DNA of 64,000 nucleotides from a virus (Duplodnaviria > Heunggongvirae > Uroviricota > Caudoviricetes). Positions 10,877 through 20,586 of the stretch are shown here, piece by piece. How positions within the stretch are numbered: the first letter of the stretch is position 1; every line of letters begins with the position of its first letter. A model generated the notes under the pieces. The model searched no databases. It was given only the letters and a program-made list of their open reading frames with translations, and was not told the DNA's origin. Both the position numbers and the translations under genes were made by a program. The stretch is taken from the IMG/VR virus record IMGVR_UViG_2565956713_000001, one strand, 5' to 3'.

Positions 10877-11059
10877 GTATTTTTAAGTCGCGAATGCTAT
10901 CTTTTCGCATCATATTGACCTTTTAATCGTTCAGGCTTATAGTTCCGCCGTCGTAGCAAATTCTGCGACCGGGTTTAGCAGCCTGAATGATTGTGCGGAC
11001 AGCCGCAGATATCCGATATTGCGGTATTTTTGTGTCCGTAAAACCGCGTTACGCCCAAA

Positions 11060-11140
11060 TTATGGTGGGGCGTGATGGGGAGGCTTCGGCCTGCTGGTTT
11101 CACAATCGCCAGTCTGCTAACCCCGTCACGTCCTGCCACC
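11060..11140 (+). ncRNA. c4-like antisense repressor RNA (approximate boundaries)
   Basis: ORF-free leader between operator and icd. Short elements (CACAATC, CTGCTAA) are complementary to GTTTAGCAGC / TGATTGTG, which occur twice, the second copy overlapping the icd ribosome-binding site. Confidence 0.3.
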
Positions 11141-11190
11141 TGTTTAGCAGCGGGTAGCAGGTTGTTAAACCTGATTGTGAGGCCGTAACT

Positions 11191-11412
11191 ATGGTTAATG
11201 CCAATCCTTGCGCACGCCCAGAATTCATCTGGCGTTTCTATTCCTGTAAAAAACACCACTATCACTTCGTTATCGCAGCAACTGAAGACGAAGCACGCTC
11301 TCAATTGCCTGATGGCCCCTGCATTTTTACTGCCCGTTTTTCAACTAACTCGCGCAATTCACTTAGTTACTGGAGCCTCCCCTTCTCTGCCGACGTTCAG
11401 GGGGGTTTATGA
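11191..11412 (+). CDS. icd: Icd-like protein (73 aa)
   Basis: 73-aa ORF with GAGG ribosome-binding site; stop overlaps the ant start (ATGA); paralog of the 73-aa ORF at 62488. Confidence 0.6.
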   Translation: MVNANPCARPEFIWRFYSCKKHHYHFVIAATEDEARSQLPDGPCIFTARFSTNSRNSLSYWSLPFSADVQGGL

Positions 11413-12452
11413 AAAAACCTCTCGTCACCCGTAATGACATAGCCGAAGCGATCGCCCTGCATACTGCCTGTATACCGACACGGGAGATCCCCGGCGCAAT
11501 TGCCAACTATTTCATGATAACCAGGCGTTTTTATACCCGAACAGATAAGGCTGTGATCAACAGGCTACTGATAGCCGAGATCAGGGATTATTTGATTGAA
11601 CAAGGACGTCTACGTTACGCAACGGTGGCAGCAGAAATGAGAAAGGAGGCACATAGAATGACCAGTAATAATTTGAATGTTAAAAAACCAGCACCTGTTG
11701 CTTCAGCAACGCCAGCACCAGCCGTGAATGTCATCCCCACCACCGGAGACACAATCGACAGCCTGACACTGTTAAAGATGGTCAATGAAGCGCGTAAGTT
11801 ATGTGGGGAACCAGAGGTTCGGAACAACAAATTCATCGAAAAAATACTCGACGAATTAGAAGGTGAGGACGGTTACACAAAAAGTGCAACCGTGCCGCCA
11901 GGTGGCGGTACGCCTATGGTTGTCATAACCATGACCTACAAACAAGCCCTGCGAGTCGCCGCGCGCGAGTCAAAAGCGGTCCGCCGTTCGCTGATCGACA
12001 AACTGGAAGAATTACAGCAGGCAAACTCCCCTACCCCATCGATCCCCCAAACATTACCAGAAGCCCTACGCCTGGCTGCCGAGTTGGCAGAACAGAAAAT
12101 GCATCTGGAACAACAGCTGGTGGCCGCAGCACCTAAAGTCGATTTTGCCGACCGGGTATCAGTGGCTAAAGGGATCCTGATTGGGAATTTTGCAAAGGTC
12201 GTTGGACTTAAGCAAAACGCCCTTTTCTCATGGTTGCGCCAGAACGGCATTCTCATGGCTTTTGGTGCGCGCAAAAACGTACCGCGCCAGCAGTACATTA
12301 ACGCCGGGTATTTCACGGTGAAAGAAGTGGTGCTGGATGATGAAAATGGCTATCAGATACGGCTGACGCCACAATTAACGGGTAAAGGCCAGCAGTGGTT
12401 AACTCGCAAGCTACTTGATGCTGGTTTGTTAAAACCAGTAGCAATAGGTTAA
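11409..12452 (+). CDS. ant: antirepressor Ant
   Basis: 347 aa; C-terminal KilAC antirepressor domain (DFADRVSVAKGILIGNFAKVVGL...GKGQQWL). Confidence 0.7.
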   Translation: MKKPLVTRNDIAEAIALHTACIPTREIPGAIANYFMITRRFYTRTDKAVINRLLIAEIRDYLIEQGRLRYATVAAEMRKEAHRMTSNNLNVKKPAPVASATPAPAVNVIPTTGDTIDSLTLLKMVNEARKLCGEPEVRNNKFIEKILDELEGEDGYTKSATVPPGGGTPMVVITMTYKQALRVAARESKAVRRSLIDKLEELQQANSPTPSIPQTLPEALRLAAELAEQKMHLEQQLVAAAPKVDFADRVSVAKGILIGNFAKVVGLKQNALFSWLRQNGILMAFGARKNVPRQQYINAGYFTVKEVVLDDENGYQIRLTPQLTGKGQQWLTRKLLDAGLLKPVAIG

Positions 12453-12464
12453 CAAAAGAAAAAA

Positions 12465-12490
12465 ACCTGCCAGCAAACTGGCAGGTTTCT
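12465..12490 (+). terminator. intrinsic terminator after ant
   Basis: Hairpin CCTGCCAGCAAACTGGCAGG followed by TTTCT. Confidence 0.55.
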
Positions 12491-12530
12491 GAGCAGATCG
12501 TCCAACCCGATCTGGATCGAGTCAGAAAAA

Positions 12531-12547
12531 TTTGCTCTAATAAATTT
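12531..12547 (+). promoter_or_regulatory. C1 repressor operator (TTTGCTCTAATAAATTT), Op53-like
   Basis: 16/17 consensus match just upstream of kilA. Confidence 0.75.
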
Positions 12548-12616
12548 CGTTTTCTAAGTGCAAAGAATCACCATTTCGAGCTGGTGATTGAAGGTTGATG
12601 CAAATTTGGAGAAAAA

Positions 12617-13417
12617 ATGCAACAAACATTCAATGCGGATATGAATATATCAAACCTTCATCAAAATGTCGATCCTTCAACCACTCTGCCCGTTATTTGT
12701 GGTGTTGAAATTACGACCGACCGCGCTGGCCGTTACAACCTTAATGCTCTACACAGAGCGAGCGGACTCGGTGCCCATAAAGCGCCAGCTCAATGGCTAA
12801 GAACGCTGTCAGCCAAACAGCTCATCGAAGAGCTTGAAAAAGAAACTATGCAGAATTGCATAGTTTCGTTCGAAGGCCGTGGCGGCGGCACTTTTGCCCA
12901 TGAATTGCTCGCAGTGGAGTACGCAGGCTGGATTTCTCCCGCGTTTCGGCTGAAGGTAAACCAGACATTTATCGACTATCGAGCCGGAAGATTACAACCT
13001 GCTATTCCGAAGAGCCTCCCAGAAGCTCTCCGTTTGGCTGCTGACCTGGCAGAGCAAAAGCAACGGCTGGAGCAAAAAATGCTGATGGATGCACCTAAAG
13101 TCGAATTCGCCGAACGCGTTGCTACCGCCAGCGGGGTTCTAATCGGCAACTATGCCAAAGTGCTCGGCCTGGGCCAAAACTATCTCTTCACCTGGTTGCG
13201 TGATAACGGAATTCTGATCGCAACCGGTGAACGCAGGAACGTCCCCAAACAAGAATACATATCCCGTGGGTATTTCACCCTTAAAGAAACCGTGATCGAT
13301 ACAAGCAATGGAAGCAGGATTTCTTTCACGACTCGTATAACCGGCAAAGGTCAGCAGTGGCTGATGAAGCGATTGCTTGATGCTGGTGTGCTGGTACCTG
13401 TCGCGGCAACGCGCTAA
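12617..13417 (+). CDS. kilA: KilA (KilA-N domain plus KilAC domain)
   Basis: 266 aa, the length of P1 KilA; C-terminus homologous to both Ant proteins; directly upstream of repL. Confidence 0.75.
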   Translation: MQQTFNADMNISNLHQNVDPSTTLPVICGVEITTDRAGRYNLNALHRASGLGAHKAPAQWLRTLSAKQLIEELEKETMQNCIVSFEGRGGGTFAHELLAVEYAGWISPAFRLKVNQTFIDYRAGRLQPAIPKSLPEALRLAADLAEQKQRLEQKMLMDAPKVEFAERVATASGVLIGNYAKVLGLGQNYLFTWLRDNGILIATGERRNVPKQEYISRGYFTLKETVIDTSNGSRISFTTRITGKGQQWLMKRLLDAGVLVPVAATR

Positions 13418-13446
13418 CAGACGTAGTAAGAACCACCAGCATTGTA

Positions 13447-14292
13447 ATGCTGGCTAAAGTCACTTTCCTGAGCTGTATAACGATGAGCGATTTTACTTTT
13501 TCTGGCTATGAATTGGCCTTCTTTGTAACACACTCCGGTCTATCCCGTAGCGCCGGGCATATCCTGTCGCAATGTGCAAATCTCGCGGCAACAACCAGTG
13601 AATACTTCATTCACAAGCCCCACCGCCTGATCGCGGCAGAAACTGGTTATAGCCAATCAACCGTCGTTCGTGCATTCCGTGAAGCTGTAAACAAAGGAAT
13701 TCTATCTGTAGAGATTGTTATCGGCGATCACCGTGAACGTCGCGCTAACCTGTACCGGTTTACACCATCCTTTTTGGCCTTCGCACAACAAGCCAAAAAT
13801 GCGCTGATTGAAAGCAAATTAAAGATCTCTTCAGCGGCAACCAAGGTTAAAGCTGTTCTCGCTAAGACATTGGCTTTATTTAATTTTTTATCCACACCCC
13901 CATGTCAAAATGATACCCCCTCCCCATGTCAGGATGACGTGGCAATAAAGAATAAGAAGTCACAAGTTAAAAAAACAAAAAGATCAGTTTCCGGCGGTGC
14001 CGGAACGATCAGACTCAAAAAATTGACTTCATGGATCGCTGAGACAAAAGCAAAGGCTGACAATCTGCGGTTATCCAAAAAACGCGCACAAAAACATGAG
14101 TTCAAGCAGAAAGTAGAGGCGGCAGCGCGGAAATATGCTTACCTGAAGAACAAGCGTTCTCCTGATATTGGCGGGGTATCAAACTTCGATAATCTGCCGC
14201 ATTGCATGACGGTAAACGAAGCTCTTAATGCGGTTTTAGCCAAAAATAAAGATAACGAACAATGGGGTATACCGGCAGGATTCAGAGGGTGA
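13447..14292 (+). CDS. repL: lytic replication protein RepL
   Basis: 281 aa, the length of P1 RepL, following kilA under the Op53-like operator; an alternative start at 13483 is possible. Confidence 0.6.
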   Translation: MLAKVTFLSCITMSDFTFSGYELAFFVTHSGLSRSAGHILSQCANLAATTSEYFIHKPHRLIAAETGYSQSTVVRAFREAVNKGILSVEIVIGDHRERRANLYRFTPSFLAFAQQAKNALIESKLKISSAATKVKAVLAKTLALFNFLSTPPCQNDTPSPCQDDVAIKNKKSQVKKTKRSVSGGAGTIRLKKLTSWIAETKAKADNLRLSKKRAQKHEFKQKVEAAARKYAYLKNKRSPDIGGVSNFDNLPHCMTVNEALNAVLAKNKDNEQWGIPAGFRG

Positions 14293-14588
14293 TAGATTGC
14301 TCTAATCTGGAGTCACCTGGCGTTTTCAGTTTGAGGTCGGAGATGCAATCTGATTTTTTACAGTTAGCGATCGCTTTTGCAGGATATGTTTGTATTGGCT
14401 TCTGTGTATACATGATCAGCCGAAAAATGCTTGTCGATATCGACCGCAAAGAACAAGCAGAGGAGATCTTAGTATGGATTTTCTTTGGCGCGGTCTGGCC
14501 ATTAGGGATCATGTTTGCTGCAACATTTCTTCTGATGTGGATATTCACCCTTCCTGGTGATTTCTATAGAAAAAAAGCCAGACATTGA
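14262..14588 (+). CDS. small membrane protein (putative; likely start near 14343)
   Basis: Two predicted transmembrane helices. Confidence 0.3.
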   Translation: MGYTGRIQRVIDCSNLESPGVFSLRSEMQSDFLQLAIAFAGYVCIGFCVYMISRKMLVDIDRKEQAEEILVWIFFGAVWPLGIMFAATFLLMWIFTLPGDFYRKKARH

Positions 14589-14711
14589 TACAATCGTTGC
14601 GGGTGCTTGAGGCTATCTGCTTCAGGCATTACCCGAAAAGCAGATAGAAGAAAGCCCCAGATAACATCACGCGTCCTGCAAGACGCTTAACATTAATCTG
14701 AGGCCATATCT

Positions 14712-14918
14712 ATGCTTAGCATACGTAGATTAGCCTCTTACCGACCAAAAGGTCAAGGAGAAGCAGGCTATGAAGCAGCAAAAAGCGATGTTAATCGCTC
14801 TGATCGTCATCTGTTTAACCGTCATTGTGACGGCACTGGTAACGAGGAAAGACCTCTGCGAGGTACGAATCCGAACCGGCCAGACGGAGGTCACTGTCTT
14901 CACAGCCTACGAATCTGA
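14712..14918 (+). CDS. mok: Mok-like overlapping reading frame of the hok locus
   Basis: 68-aa ORF that overlaps the hok frame out of phase and starts 58 nt upstream, as in hok/mok/sok loci. Confidence 0.4.
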   Translation: MLSIRRLASYRPKGQGEAGYEAAKSDVNRSDRHLFNRHCDGTGNEERPLRGTNPNRPDGGHCLHSLRI

Positions 14919-14925
14919 AAGGTAA
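14770..14925 (+). CDS. hok: Hok/Gef-family membrane toxin (type I toxin-antitoxin)
   Basis: 51-aa ORF MKQQKAMLIALIVICLTVIVTALVTRKDLCEVRIRTGQTEVTVFTAYESER, near-identical to HokD/HokC as I recall them; below the ORF-track size cutoff. Confidence 0.8.
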   Translation: MKQQKAMLIALIVICLTVIVTALVTRKDLCEVRIRTGQTEVTVFTAYESER

Positions 14926-15004
14926 GAGACCTGGCGGGGAGAGATCTCCGCCACTCTTCGTGTGTCAGGTATCCTCAATGCACCCTTTCCTCTCCAAATA
15001 AAAA

Positions 15005-15024
15005 AGCTCCCGAAGGAGCTTTAA
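15005..15024. terminator. bidirectional intrinsic terminator
   Basis: Hairpin AGCTCCCGAAGGAGCT flanked by A-run and T-run, between hok (+) and the convergent structural operon (-). Confidence 0.5.
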
Positions 15025-15041
15025 AATACAAGGGATGACTC

Positions 15042-15551
15042 TTAATCCCACTCAATCCAGTTGTAGACGATACGAAGTGACGGGCGCACAGCGGCAGTCA
15101 CATCTTCGGTACTAAAGTCGATTGCATCACTGTAGATTTTGCAGTCCAACATTTCAATTGTTGTAGCAGCTTTTGTCACAGCGTTAACCCCGGAAGATTT
15201 GGATTCAGGGGTCGCAGCCATCGTGATATCAACATAGTCCTTCGCCGCAATGCGATCCTTGATGAACTGAAGAATATCGCCTTCGATAGTCTCCACGCAC
15301 TGGACCTGGATTTCCCCAGAGTTTCGAATTGGTCCGTGCTGGTTGAACTTCACACCATTCGGACCATAGTCCTCCACATCCTCGCGGGTCATTTCAGGAA
15401 TTTGCGACGTGCGAACCAGTACGCTGATATCTTCATGGCCTGCAAAAGTGAGCTGGAATTCAGAAGATACCAGTCGTTCGCCTTTGGCCGCGTTGGCAGT
15501 ATAGCGGCCCTTAATAAATTTACGGTTTCCCTTAGTGTTATTGTGCCCCAT
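15042..15551 (-). CDS. phage structural protein (tail-tube-sized)
   Basis: 169-aa ORF, last gene of the minus-strand capsid/sheath operon. Confidence 0.3.
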   Translation of the reverse strand: MGHNNTKGNRKFIKGRYTANAAKGERLVSSEFQLTFAGHEDISVLVRTSQIPEMTREDVEDYGPNGVKFNQHGPIRNSGEIQVQCVETIEGDILQFIKDRIAAKDYVDITMAATPESKSSGVNAVTKAATTIEMLDCKIYSDAIDFSTEDVTAAVRPSLRIVYNWIEWD

Positions 15552-15562
15552 ATAAAATCCTT

Positions 15563-16144
15563 TTACTGGAACGCCCGAACAATATCGGAGCTGTTATATA
15601 TCGAAGAACCGGTCAACTGGAGGTTGACGGTGTTTTTCAGGAAATGCCCATTGCTGTCCCTGGGCGCATCGAGATCGAAACTTATGTCCTGGATAGCGAC
15701 ATCAATGATGTTGATCCGGCGACCAATGTTTAGCGTCACACGCTCCGGGATTCGACCACCAATACTGGCATCTTTAAGTTCCGGGCTAATCATCGCTGAC
15801 AATGCGGCGATAGCTCCTGAAACCTCCGTGAATGGGTCAAACAAAGCGATGAAAGTTACTGGCAGCGTGAAAGTCGGCGGTGTTCCCCCCTCCCAAACCA
15901 TTAAGCTGTTCCAACGGGCCACCGACGTTGTTTCAGTACCAACCTGCGCAAAACCACTGAAAGCACCAGCAACAGATCCCATGGACATACCGGTAAACGG
16001 CGCTTCCCAATTCTGGGCCATGTTCATTGCCGCCCCCTGGCTGATATATCCGGTAACCTGGTACTGAGAGTTCGTTAAAGTAACTTTCAGAAATGGCGAT
16101 ACACCGTCAGCCTGGCTGTAAACCCCATAAGGTATAGGTGCCAT
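15563..16144 (-). CDS. phage structural/morphogenesis protein
   Basis: 193-aa ORF in the structural operon. Confidence 0.3.
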   Translation of the reverse strand: MAPIPYGVYSQADGVSPFLKVTLTNSQYQVTGYISQGAAMNMAQNWEAPFTGMSMGSVAGAFSGFAQVGTETTSVARWNSLMVWEGGTPPTFTLPVTFIALFDPFTEVSGAIAALSAMISPELKDASIGGRIPERVTLNIGRRINIIDVAIQDISFDLDAPRDSNGHFLKNTVNLQLTGSSIYNSSDIVRAFQ

Positions 16145-16179
16145 TCAAGTTAAAGGCCGGAGTTCTCCGGCCTCCTCCT

Positions 16180-16995
16180 TTAGCCAAGGCGCTTACGGCG
16201 CAGTTTCATTGACTTTTTGCGGGCAAGTTTTGCCGCGCCGGTCTGGGCTTTTCGACGCGCTTTTTTCAGCGCCGATTTTTGAGCCGCAGTCAGACGTTTT
16301 TTACGCAGGCGTTTACGGATGAGTTTGATCTCACCGTTACGAACAACCTTCTTAAATGCTTCAGTCAGCATTTCATCAGAAGTGCCAGCAACAACAAACG
16401 CCGCTTCCAGTTCGTCACGGTCGTCGCTATCTAAACCAGCGATAGAGGCACCAACATCAGCAGCTGCGTCGTCGTCTTCATCATCAGCCAGTGCTTCGAT
16501 CAGGTCATCATCTACACCGCATGCTGCGAGGAAGTCAGCAACATTTGCCCATGCTTCGTTATAGGCATCGTCCTGTTCTTCTGTAACTTCGGAGTCGTCG
16601 TCATCAGAGATACCAGCGATAGCCTGAACGAAACCATCAAGGGAGTCGAAAGTCAGATCACCGCTATCAGCCCAGGCGAAAACGGCGTCGGCCGCATCAC
16701 TCAACGCATTCTGCATAGCACTTCGATTTGCAGCTTCCAGAATCATCTGGTGCGCCTGTTCGACGGTCCATTCTTTACCGTCTTTCCCTTCCAGGATTTG
16801 CTCAGGAGCCGTGGCAGATGGAACGTTATCGTTAGTCTGTGCCGCCGGTTTCGGATTATTATTAATAACCGGATCTGTTGTCGGTTCGGCGCTTGCTCGG
16901 GCAGACTCCATCAACTGCACAGGATCAGAGTTCAAAGCGAAACGAGACAGTCCATTCCCCAAAAATGCCCCGGATTGAAAAAAGTTTTTGCTCAT
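16180..16995 (-). CDS. acidic protein with strongly basic C-terminal tail (scaffold or internal protein?)
   Basis: 271 aa; Asp/Glu-rich core and Lys/Arg-rich C-terminus (KLIRKRLRKKRL...RRKRLG). Confidence 0.3.
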   Translation of the reverse strand: MSKNFFQSGAFLGNGLSRFALNSDPVQLMESARASAEPTTDPVINNNPKPAAQTNDNVPSATAPEQILEGKDGKEWTVEQAHQMILEAANRSAMQNALSDAADAVFAWADSGDLTFDSLDGFVQAIAGISDDDDSEVTEEQDDAYNEAWANVADFLAACGVDDDLIEALADDEDDDAAADVGASIAGLDSDDRDELEAAFVVAGTSDEMLTEAFKKVVRNGEIKLIRKRLRKKRLTAAQKSALKKARRKAQTGAAKLARKKSMKLRRKRLG

Positions 16996-17004
16996 TGTAT
17001 TTCC

Positions 17005-18594
17005 TTACTTAATAAGCAGCGGTACGCCCTGGATACGACGGGCTACGCCAGTCGGGCAGCAGGCCCAGACTACTTCCCATTTATCGAATTCCGCCTGCGT
17101 AACTTTCAGCACATACGGTTCTGTACCGTCAGCATCAGGATCACGAGGAGCCACCAGAGCGCCGGAGGCGACAAAGCGATCCAAAAGTTTGGTCATCCCT
17201 TTAGTCAGGCCAGACTCAGTAATGCCGTCCGGGTTATGCTTCATCTGTCGGGCTAACTGGACAAAGAAACGGCTGATTGCGTTCATCAGGGATGGGACGT
17301 GCTGGAAATGCAGATAGTTGTCCTGCGTGCAGCAAGTTAAAGCATCATCGATGATCATCTGGCCCGAAGTACCTACAGATACTTTATTGAGTCGGCCCTT
17401 GACCATAGCTTCTTCGTCCGGGGTGTCTTCAGGATACAGCGGCTGAAGTGATGCACGAGCTATGACGGCACGTTCTTCACCAGCCGGTGAGTAATGCCAA
17501 CCGCCGACATCGGAGTTTTTCTTGACGCCACGAGCTTTCGCCGCATACGCCGCGCCAGACAGACCGAAGACCACGCGGGATTGGGTCCATTTGTCTTTGC
17601 AGGAGAACGGGAAATGATAGACAGCACAGCTTACATAATCGGTACCAAGTAAACCGGTATCTTCAACAGCAGAGATCGCTTCCGTGTACGTCAATGTCGG
17701 TTTGACATCAAAGAAGCCATCAATCAGGCGATCAGAACAGATATTACCTAACGCAGTGATCGCCGCATTGTCATAGCACCCCAGGCCGAGAACAGCGGTG
17801 TACATGTACGGCGCATTGTTCAGCACTTTCACCGCACGCAGGTACGCAGCGGTTGAGATTTTCGACTGATCGCCGTTGGTACCGCCAGTGAACGCCAACG
17901 ATTTTTTGTTTGTTACTTTCGCTGTCGAAATCAGCTCTTCATTAACAACCGCGCGCAGATATTTAGAACGGGCTTCCAGAGCCGTAGGCAGATAACACAA
18001 GCGGCCCATGTCATCTTTCGCTTCTTCCGCCAAAGACACAGTGTGTGTCTCCAGGGTCGTTACCACGCCGAGCGAAGTCGTCTGGGTCAGTTTTAAGAGG
18101 AAGCGTTCATTACCCGCGCTGTCCGCTGTTGCCGTTTCGATGGTTAACTCACGGGTAGGTGAAATACACGGATCACCATCATCAACGTAGATAGCAAAGG
18201 CTTCGCCACTATCAAGTTCAATTTCAGAACCGTATGGCAACGCACTGTAAGCCGGTTCGCCTGATTCATCGAACATAATAATCGGGAACTTCGCATCATC
18301 CGGAACAGCGCGAACAACATAACCAGATGTTTGCTGAATAGCTTCGTATACATGGCGAATTGGTTCGAACTGTGAGCCGGAAGACGGCTTCAGCGGTTCG
18401 CCGAGAACATCTTCGTAATTGGACTCAGTAACCGCAAGAACAGTAAACGGCTTGCCACGCGCAAATACGCCAATACCAGCCCACAAGCTGCTATTTAATG
18501 CAACACCGGTAGATAACGTCGCATCGGCATTGATCGGGCTAACCGCGACGCCGGATGCATTACCTAATGACTGTTGAATTGAATATTGAGACAT
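17005..18594 (-). CDS. tail sheath protein (putative)
   Basis: 529-aa ORF between the capsid-like gene and tube-sized genes; size and position fit a contractile sheath. Confidence 0.4.
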   Translation of the reverse strand: MSQYSIQQSLGNASGVAVSPINADATLSTGVALNSSLWAGIGVFARGKPFTVLAVTESNYEDVLGEPLKPSSGSQFEPIRHVYEAIQQTSGYVVRAVPDDAKFPIIMFDESGEPAYSALPYGSEIELDSGEAFAIYVDDGDPCISPTRELTIETATADSAGNERFLLKLTQTTSLGVVTTLETHTVSLAEEAKDDMGRLCYLPTALEARSKYLRAVVNEELISTAKVTNKKSLAFTGGTNGDQSKISTAAYLRAVKVLNNAPYMYTAVLGLGCYDNAAITALGNICSDRLIDGFFDVKPTLTYTEAISAVEDTGLLGTDYVSCAVYHFPFSCKDKWTQSRVVFGLSGAAYAAKARGVKKNSDVGGWHYSPAGEERAVIARASLQPLYPEDTPDEEAMVKGRLNKVSVGTSGQMIIDDALTCCTQDNYLHFQHVPSLMNAISRFFVQLARQMKHNPDGITESGLTKGMTKLLDRFVASGALVAPRDPDADGTEPYVLKVTQAEFDKWEVVWACCPTGVARRIQGVPLLIK

Positions 18595-18654
18595 AACTTT
18601 CCCTGTTATGCGCCCCGCACGGGGGCGCTATGTTAAACGGAGAACTTCCCCTGA

Positions 18655-20382
18655 TTACTCAGAGTCACCGGCATCAATCGTGTCGCCGCTAATGAAGTTA
18701 AGCCCGCCTTTTTTGGCCATTGTCAGCGTTACACGAGTGAAGTAATCAGCGCCGTTGCGTGGGTGCATATCGTTGATAGCCGAACCCCACAGTGTGGTAC
18801 GGTTGACCAGCGCCGGAGTGGTCGGATGCTGGAACGGGATAGCCGGGACAGCATCACCAGTCACGAAGCCTGCTTTACCCGGATTTTCATCACGGACGTA
18901 GCACAGCACATCCATCGAGCTGAACTGAATGTTCTCTGTCGTTAAGTTCTTACAAATACCAGCAGGTACTTCGTACACTTTCACGTTACCGAACAGGGTA
19001 CCGATGTAGTGAACATACGGAGTCTGGATATAGTCTTCGGCTGGCTGGAAGAAATCCTTCGGCAACTGTTTGAAGAAAGATGCTGCATCAGCACCAGCAA
19101 ACATCCCCATCGCACCAGAAGATTTAACGCGCTCAATAATGTCGCGATATACAGTCTGGAATTTGCCACGAATGATGGTTGCCCATACATCAAAGGACTG
19201 GTTAACCGGCAGAGCGATGTCAAAGGTGTCGGTCGCAAGAGTACGCCAGATCATGATGCGAAGACGCAGCATATCCTGTTCATGAGACAGGTATTCCTTC
19301 AGGGTGCGGAACTGTAGGGAACCCAGGTCCAGACCAAATTCACGCTGTGCTTCATACGCCGCCTGTACCGTGTGCTCAGCCGCGATAACGAACTGGCTTG
19401 GGAACAGGGTGTATTTCTTCATTTCGTGGTTGATCAGCGGGATCAGCTCAGGAGCGGCTTCAATATTGATTTCCGTCTCAATTGCGATCTCAGTGCCTTT
19501 ATCCGGCGCTTTGGAGAACGACAGGGCAATCTGACCAATGTTGTAGTTCAGAGAGCAGGTAACAGTGATTTGCTCACCAGCAGCATTAGTAAACGAGTGA
19601 AGTAGGCTGCCGGAACCGTTATCAACAACAGACTTAATACGGTTAACGTAGATATTAGTGCGACCTTTTCGGATTGGTACATTCTGGCCTTCGAAGTCTT
19701 CCATCTTGAAGGTTGCGGTTTTGCTGGTGCCATCGGAGCTTGCCACCAGCACATAGCGGCGGCGTAACTGGCTGTACACACCGACGGATTGCATGTCCAG
19801 AACATCACCAGCAGCATAAGAACCAAAAGAGGAACCTGCCACGTTAAAGACTTCATAGATGTCGGACTGGTCACGCGTAACCGGAATGAAGGTACACGCA
19901 TCAGCGGTAGCTGCCCCCAACTGAACAGGCAGGATCATCGCGAGGAATAAAGGCAGACGCATAACACCGTCAGAAACGCTCATCATCTCTGCTGCGACGG
20001 ATTCCAGCATCGCTTTATTAGTGGCATCCATGCTATTGCGGGTGGACTCAATCAGGCAGTTTTCCAGCGTCTGGTGGCAGGAGGCCAGAATTTCCGGACG
20101 CGGCATAGATTTATGTGCTGCGGCGTAGTCAGCCAGTGCACTTGCCCACGCTGTAGCGATTTGAGCGGTGGCATTATCAGAGATACCCGCAAAAACCGGG
20201 TCTTTACGTGCAGCTTCAAGGATAGATGCGGCACGCGCGGCATCATCTTTAATGAATTGGTTATCAGTACCGAACTGCGCAGTGCTTGCCCAGCCAAGCA
20301 CAGCTTTAGAGCGTTTTGCGATATCTGCAATACGATTCTGGTATTCGCGTAAGTTACTCAATTTACTCTTCCTTAAACACAA
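18655..20382 (-). CDS. major capsid protein precursor (putative)
   Basis: 575-aa ORF adjacent to parS, with a helical N-terminal region resembling a cleaved delta/scaffold domain. Confidence 0.4.
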   Translation of the reverse strand: MCLRKSKLSNLREYQNRIADIAKRSKAVLGWASTAQFGTDNQFIKDDAARAASILEAARKDPVFAGISDNATAQIATAWASALADYAAAHKSMPRPEILASCHQTLENCLIESTRNSMDATNKAMLESVAAEMMSVSDGVMRLPLFLAMILPVQLGAATADACTFIPVTRDQSDIYEVFNVAGSSFGSYAAGDVLDMQSVGVYSQLRRRYVLVASSDGTSKTATFKMEDFEGQNVPIRKGRTNIYVNRIKSVVDNGSGSLLHSFTNAAGEQITVTCSLNYNIGQIALSFSKAPDKGTEIAIETEINIEAAPELIPLINHEMKKYTLFPSQFVIAAEHTVQAAYEAQREFGLDLGSLQFRTLKEYLSHEQDMLRLRIMIWRTLATDTFDIALPVNQSFDVWATIIRGKFQTVYRDIIERVKSSGAMGMFAGADAASFFKQLPKDFFQPAEDYIQTPYVHYIGTLFGNVKVYEVPAGICKNLTTENIQFSSMDVLCYVRDENPGKAGFVTGDAVPAIPFQHPTTPALVNRTTLWGSAINDMHPRNGADYFTRVTLTMAKKGGLNFISGDTIDAGDSE

Positions 20383-20498
20383 GGCACTTGTGTGAATCCC
20401 TTTTCGGAAGAGATTTTATTGAAAGTCACTTGTTGACTTTCTCGTGACAAGCAATTTTTTTATTTTTTTCGGGAGTAGGGGAGGAAGGTAAAATCCAA

Positions 20499-20586
20499 GG
20501 TGAAATCGTGGCGATTTCACCTTGAAATTTTAGATGGATTTACTTTAAAAACAGTTGGTTAATAGTGAAATTTGAATGGCGAAAGT
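20499..20586. promoter_or_regulatory. parS: parS partition site (ParB heptamer/hexamer boxes)
   Basis: GTGAAATCGTGGCGATTTCAC inverted heptamers (ATTTCAC) flanking TCGCCA, plus a second GTGAAAT...TGGCGA ~55 bp away across an AT-rich core, immediately downstream of parB. Confidence 0.7.
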
